DNA of 64,000 nucleotides from Amphiscolops sp. MND2022 (Eukaryota). Where the stretch lies: the NCBI GenBank assembly GCA_964187785.1, contig OZ076409.1:64792001-64856000 (forward strand), in the 5' to 3' direction. The translations under genes were made by a program, and so were the position numbers. Below the pieces are notes generated by a model, which did no database searches, was not told the DNA's origin, and saw only the letters and a list, made by a program, of their open reading frames with translations. The number at the start of each line of letters is the position of its first letter. Within the stretch, counting starts at the first letter, position 1. This document shows positions 61,976-64,000 of this stretch, in pieces.

Positions 61976-64000
61976 GAATGAATGAATGAATAATTAATTC
62001 ACTTTTGTTACCCCGAGGGGTGTACAAAACTCAAATTATCAATTTTACAGCGGACACGGTCGGTGACCAATTTACAATACATACTGAGGTGCGTTAATCT
62101 TACGGTGCTCGTCAAGTTCATCAGTTGGTCAAGTTTCAGTAGACTGGGGTTATGTTGGTAGCACTTGCTTAGGTATTTTGCACGTAAGTCTTTTAACTCA
62201 GTACAGACAAGTAAAAAATGGTACTCATCAGCATTCACCTGATTATTACAAAGTGGGCAATGCGCCTCTTTTACCCCTGTAAATTTTTCCCTGACGTCTG
62301 TTATAATCAGTGCAGCACATCGAAATCTACTCAATTCAATTCTGTCTTTTGTCCTCAAGGTAAAAACATATGGCTCGATTCGATATTTGTACTTATATGA
62401 AGCGTACAATCTGCAGAGTGAGTGGTTTTTCACTGATGTGTTCCACTGTTGTATTGACACATCCTGTAGCTTGTTCTTGGTGTAATCTTTAAAATGAGCT
62501 TCATTAACATTTTCGATAAAGTGATAAGCACCGGGAATTCCGCATTCTATCAGTATTGTTTGAACACAAGACAACCATTTGTCTGAGGGGAAAATTTTTC
62601 GTCAGTGCTTGTACATAAGGCACGAGAGTTTGTTTTTGTCGTCGCTCAACCTTTTCCAGAAACCTAGAATTCGAAGCCAAATTTTATACTTTATTTCATT
62701 TCTACCTAATTCTCCATAAATCATAGCATTTGGAGTACTATTCCTAACGTTTAAAAGCGTTCGCAAAAAATTCCGATGGAAACTTTCAATCTGTTCATAA
62801 GGTTCATGTCCCCACACTTCGCAACCATAGGTTAGGATCGGTAAAACAATTGAGTCAAACAAGTGTAGTTTTGTCTGTATTGCGAGTTCATGTCCACTTG
62901 TTTCGGCTCTCAATTTGAACAACGCCTTCTTTGCTTTGTCAACGTTGTTTTTTATCGTTAGTTGAAAGGTGTTATTGTACTTGAAAATCACTCCTAAATA
63001 GCAAAAACTGTCAACTCTTTCAATTGGGCTGTTGTTTATAAACATCACTGTCGATTTACGAACCTTTCCCCTGGAGAAGATCATATATTTTGTCTTGGAG
63101 CAATTTATTCGAATATTAAAATTACTGCAATATTGACATGCAGCATTTAAAGCTTTTTGCATGTCATTTTCGCTTTCTGTCAAAATAATGGTATCATCAG
63201 CATACAGAAGTGCAAAGATTTTCTCCTCGTCAACATCCAGGTGGCTCTTCATTGAGTTCGATAGAAAGGTCAATCCGTTACAATGATTTTGCAAGTATGA
63301 TTTAAAGTCATTTACAAAAATTGTGAACAATAGTGGTGATAAATTATCACCCTGCCTAACACCAACCTCACATTTGAAAAAACTAGAATAACAGTTGCCC
63401 ACTTTGACACATGCTTTTGTTTTTGAGTAAAGACTACGTATGACATTGAAAACATTTCCATTGATATTATGATCCTGTAACTTCTTCCAAAGAATAGCTC
63501 GATCAACTAAATCGAATGCTTTTTCATAATCGAGAAAGGTGGCGTACACTCGTTTTCCATTTGCCAAATACGAAGATAGAATTTTAGTCAGAGCGAAAGT
63601 ATGGTCCTCGCATCCGTGTCCTTTTCTGAAGCCAGCCTGTTCCGAACCAATTCTGTTTGTTAAATCTAAGTAGTGTTTGATTCTGGTACTTATAATTGAT
63701 GAGAAAACTTTTCCGATGCAATTAATCAACGAAATTCCCCGATAATTATTAGGGTCGGTCATTGGTCCCTTCTTATGAATTGGACAAATAGTTGACAGAG
63801 CCCAATCATCAGGGACAATTCCTGTCTTTAAAACTAGGTTGAAAAAACTATTAAGTACTTCGACAAGGTTCCCAGGAACATATTTCAGAAATTCCGGGTA
63901 AATATTATCTTGACCAGCTGATTTCCCGCATTTAAGAATTTGCAGAGATTCCCGCACCTCTTCACAACTAAAATTTTTATTCAATTCAACATTGATGTCC
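61976..64000 (-). mobile_element. Non-LTR retrotransposon (RTE-X/CR1-group-like) ORF2: RT + C-terminal CCHC, runs off the window
   Basis: Motifs KSAGQDNI, NYRGISL, QAGFRKG, DYEKAFD, GVRQGDNLSP, LLYADD, YLG and CPLC...DEYHFLLVC. ORFs 62602-63984 and 62008-62574 are in frame across a single TGA. The 3' tail is (ATTC)4 at 61976-61991. Confidence 0.93.

Overview
Repeat-dense eukaryotic (animal, invertebrate-type) genomic DNA. It contains no prokaryotic operons, rRNA or CRISPR array. The window is almost entirely nested transposable elements. (1) An RTE-type LINE is split into three pieces (1-262, 1784-2782, 18300-18720) by an RNase H-bearing LINE and by a 15.5-kb stack of DNA elements: a CCC-TIR element containing a TTAA Kolobok-like element with satellites, which in turn contains an EnSpm/CACTA-like element. 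(2) The EnSpm-like element (~6097-14198) encodes a transposase fused N-terminally to a SUV4-20-like SET (H4K20 methyltransferase-type) domain. It also carries a co-oriented BEN-domain gene, two orphan ORFs and eight conserved hairpin repeats; this is the most interesting system in the window. (3) A decayed Gypsy element with ~1.46-kb LTRs (21097-31027) is inserted in a host exon. (4) A decayed Copia element spans 38213-42795. (5) A 15-kb Gypsy element (43861-59227) has a class-I-fusogen-like env gene, antisense accessory ORFs and a recent 2.24-kb tandem duplication. (6) A near-intact LINE RT lies at the right edge. All family assignments come from motif recognition by eye and need HMM confirmation.
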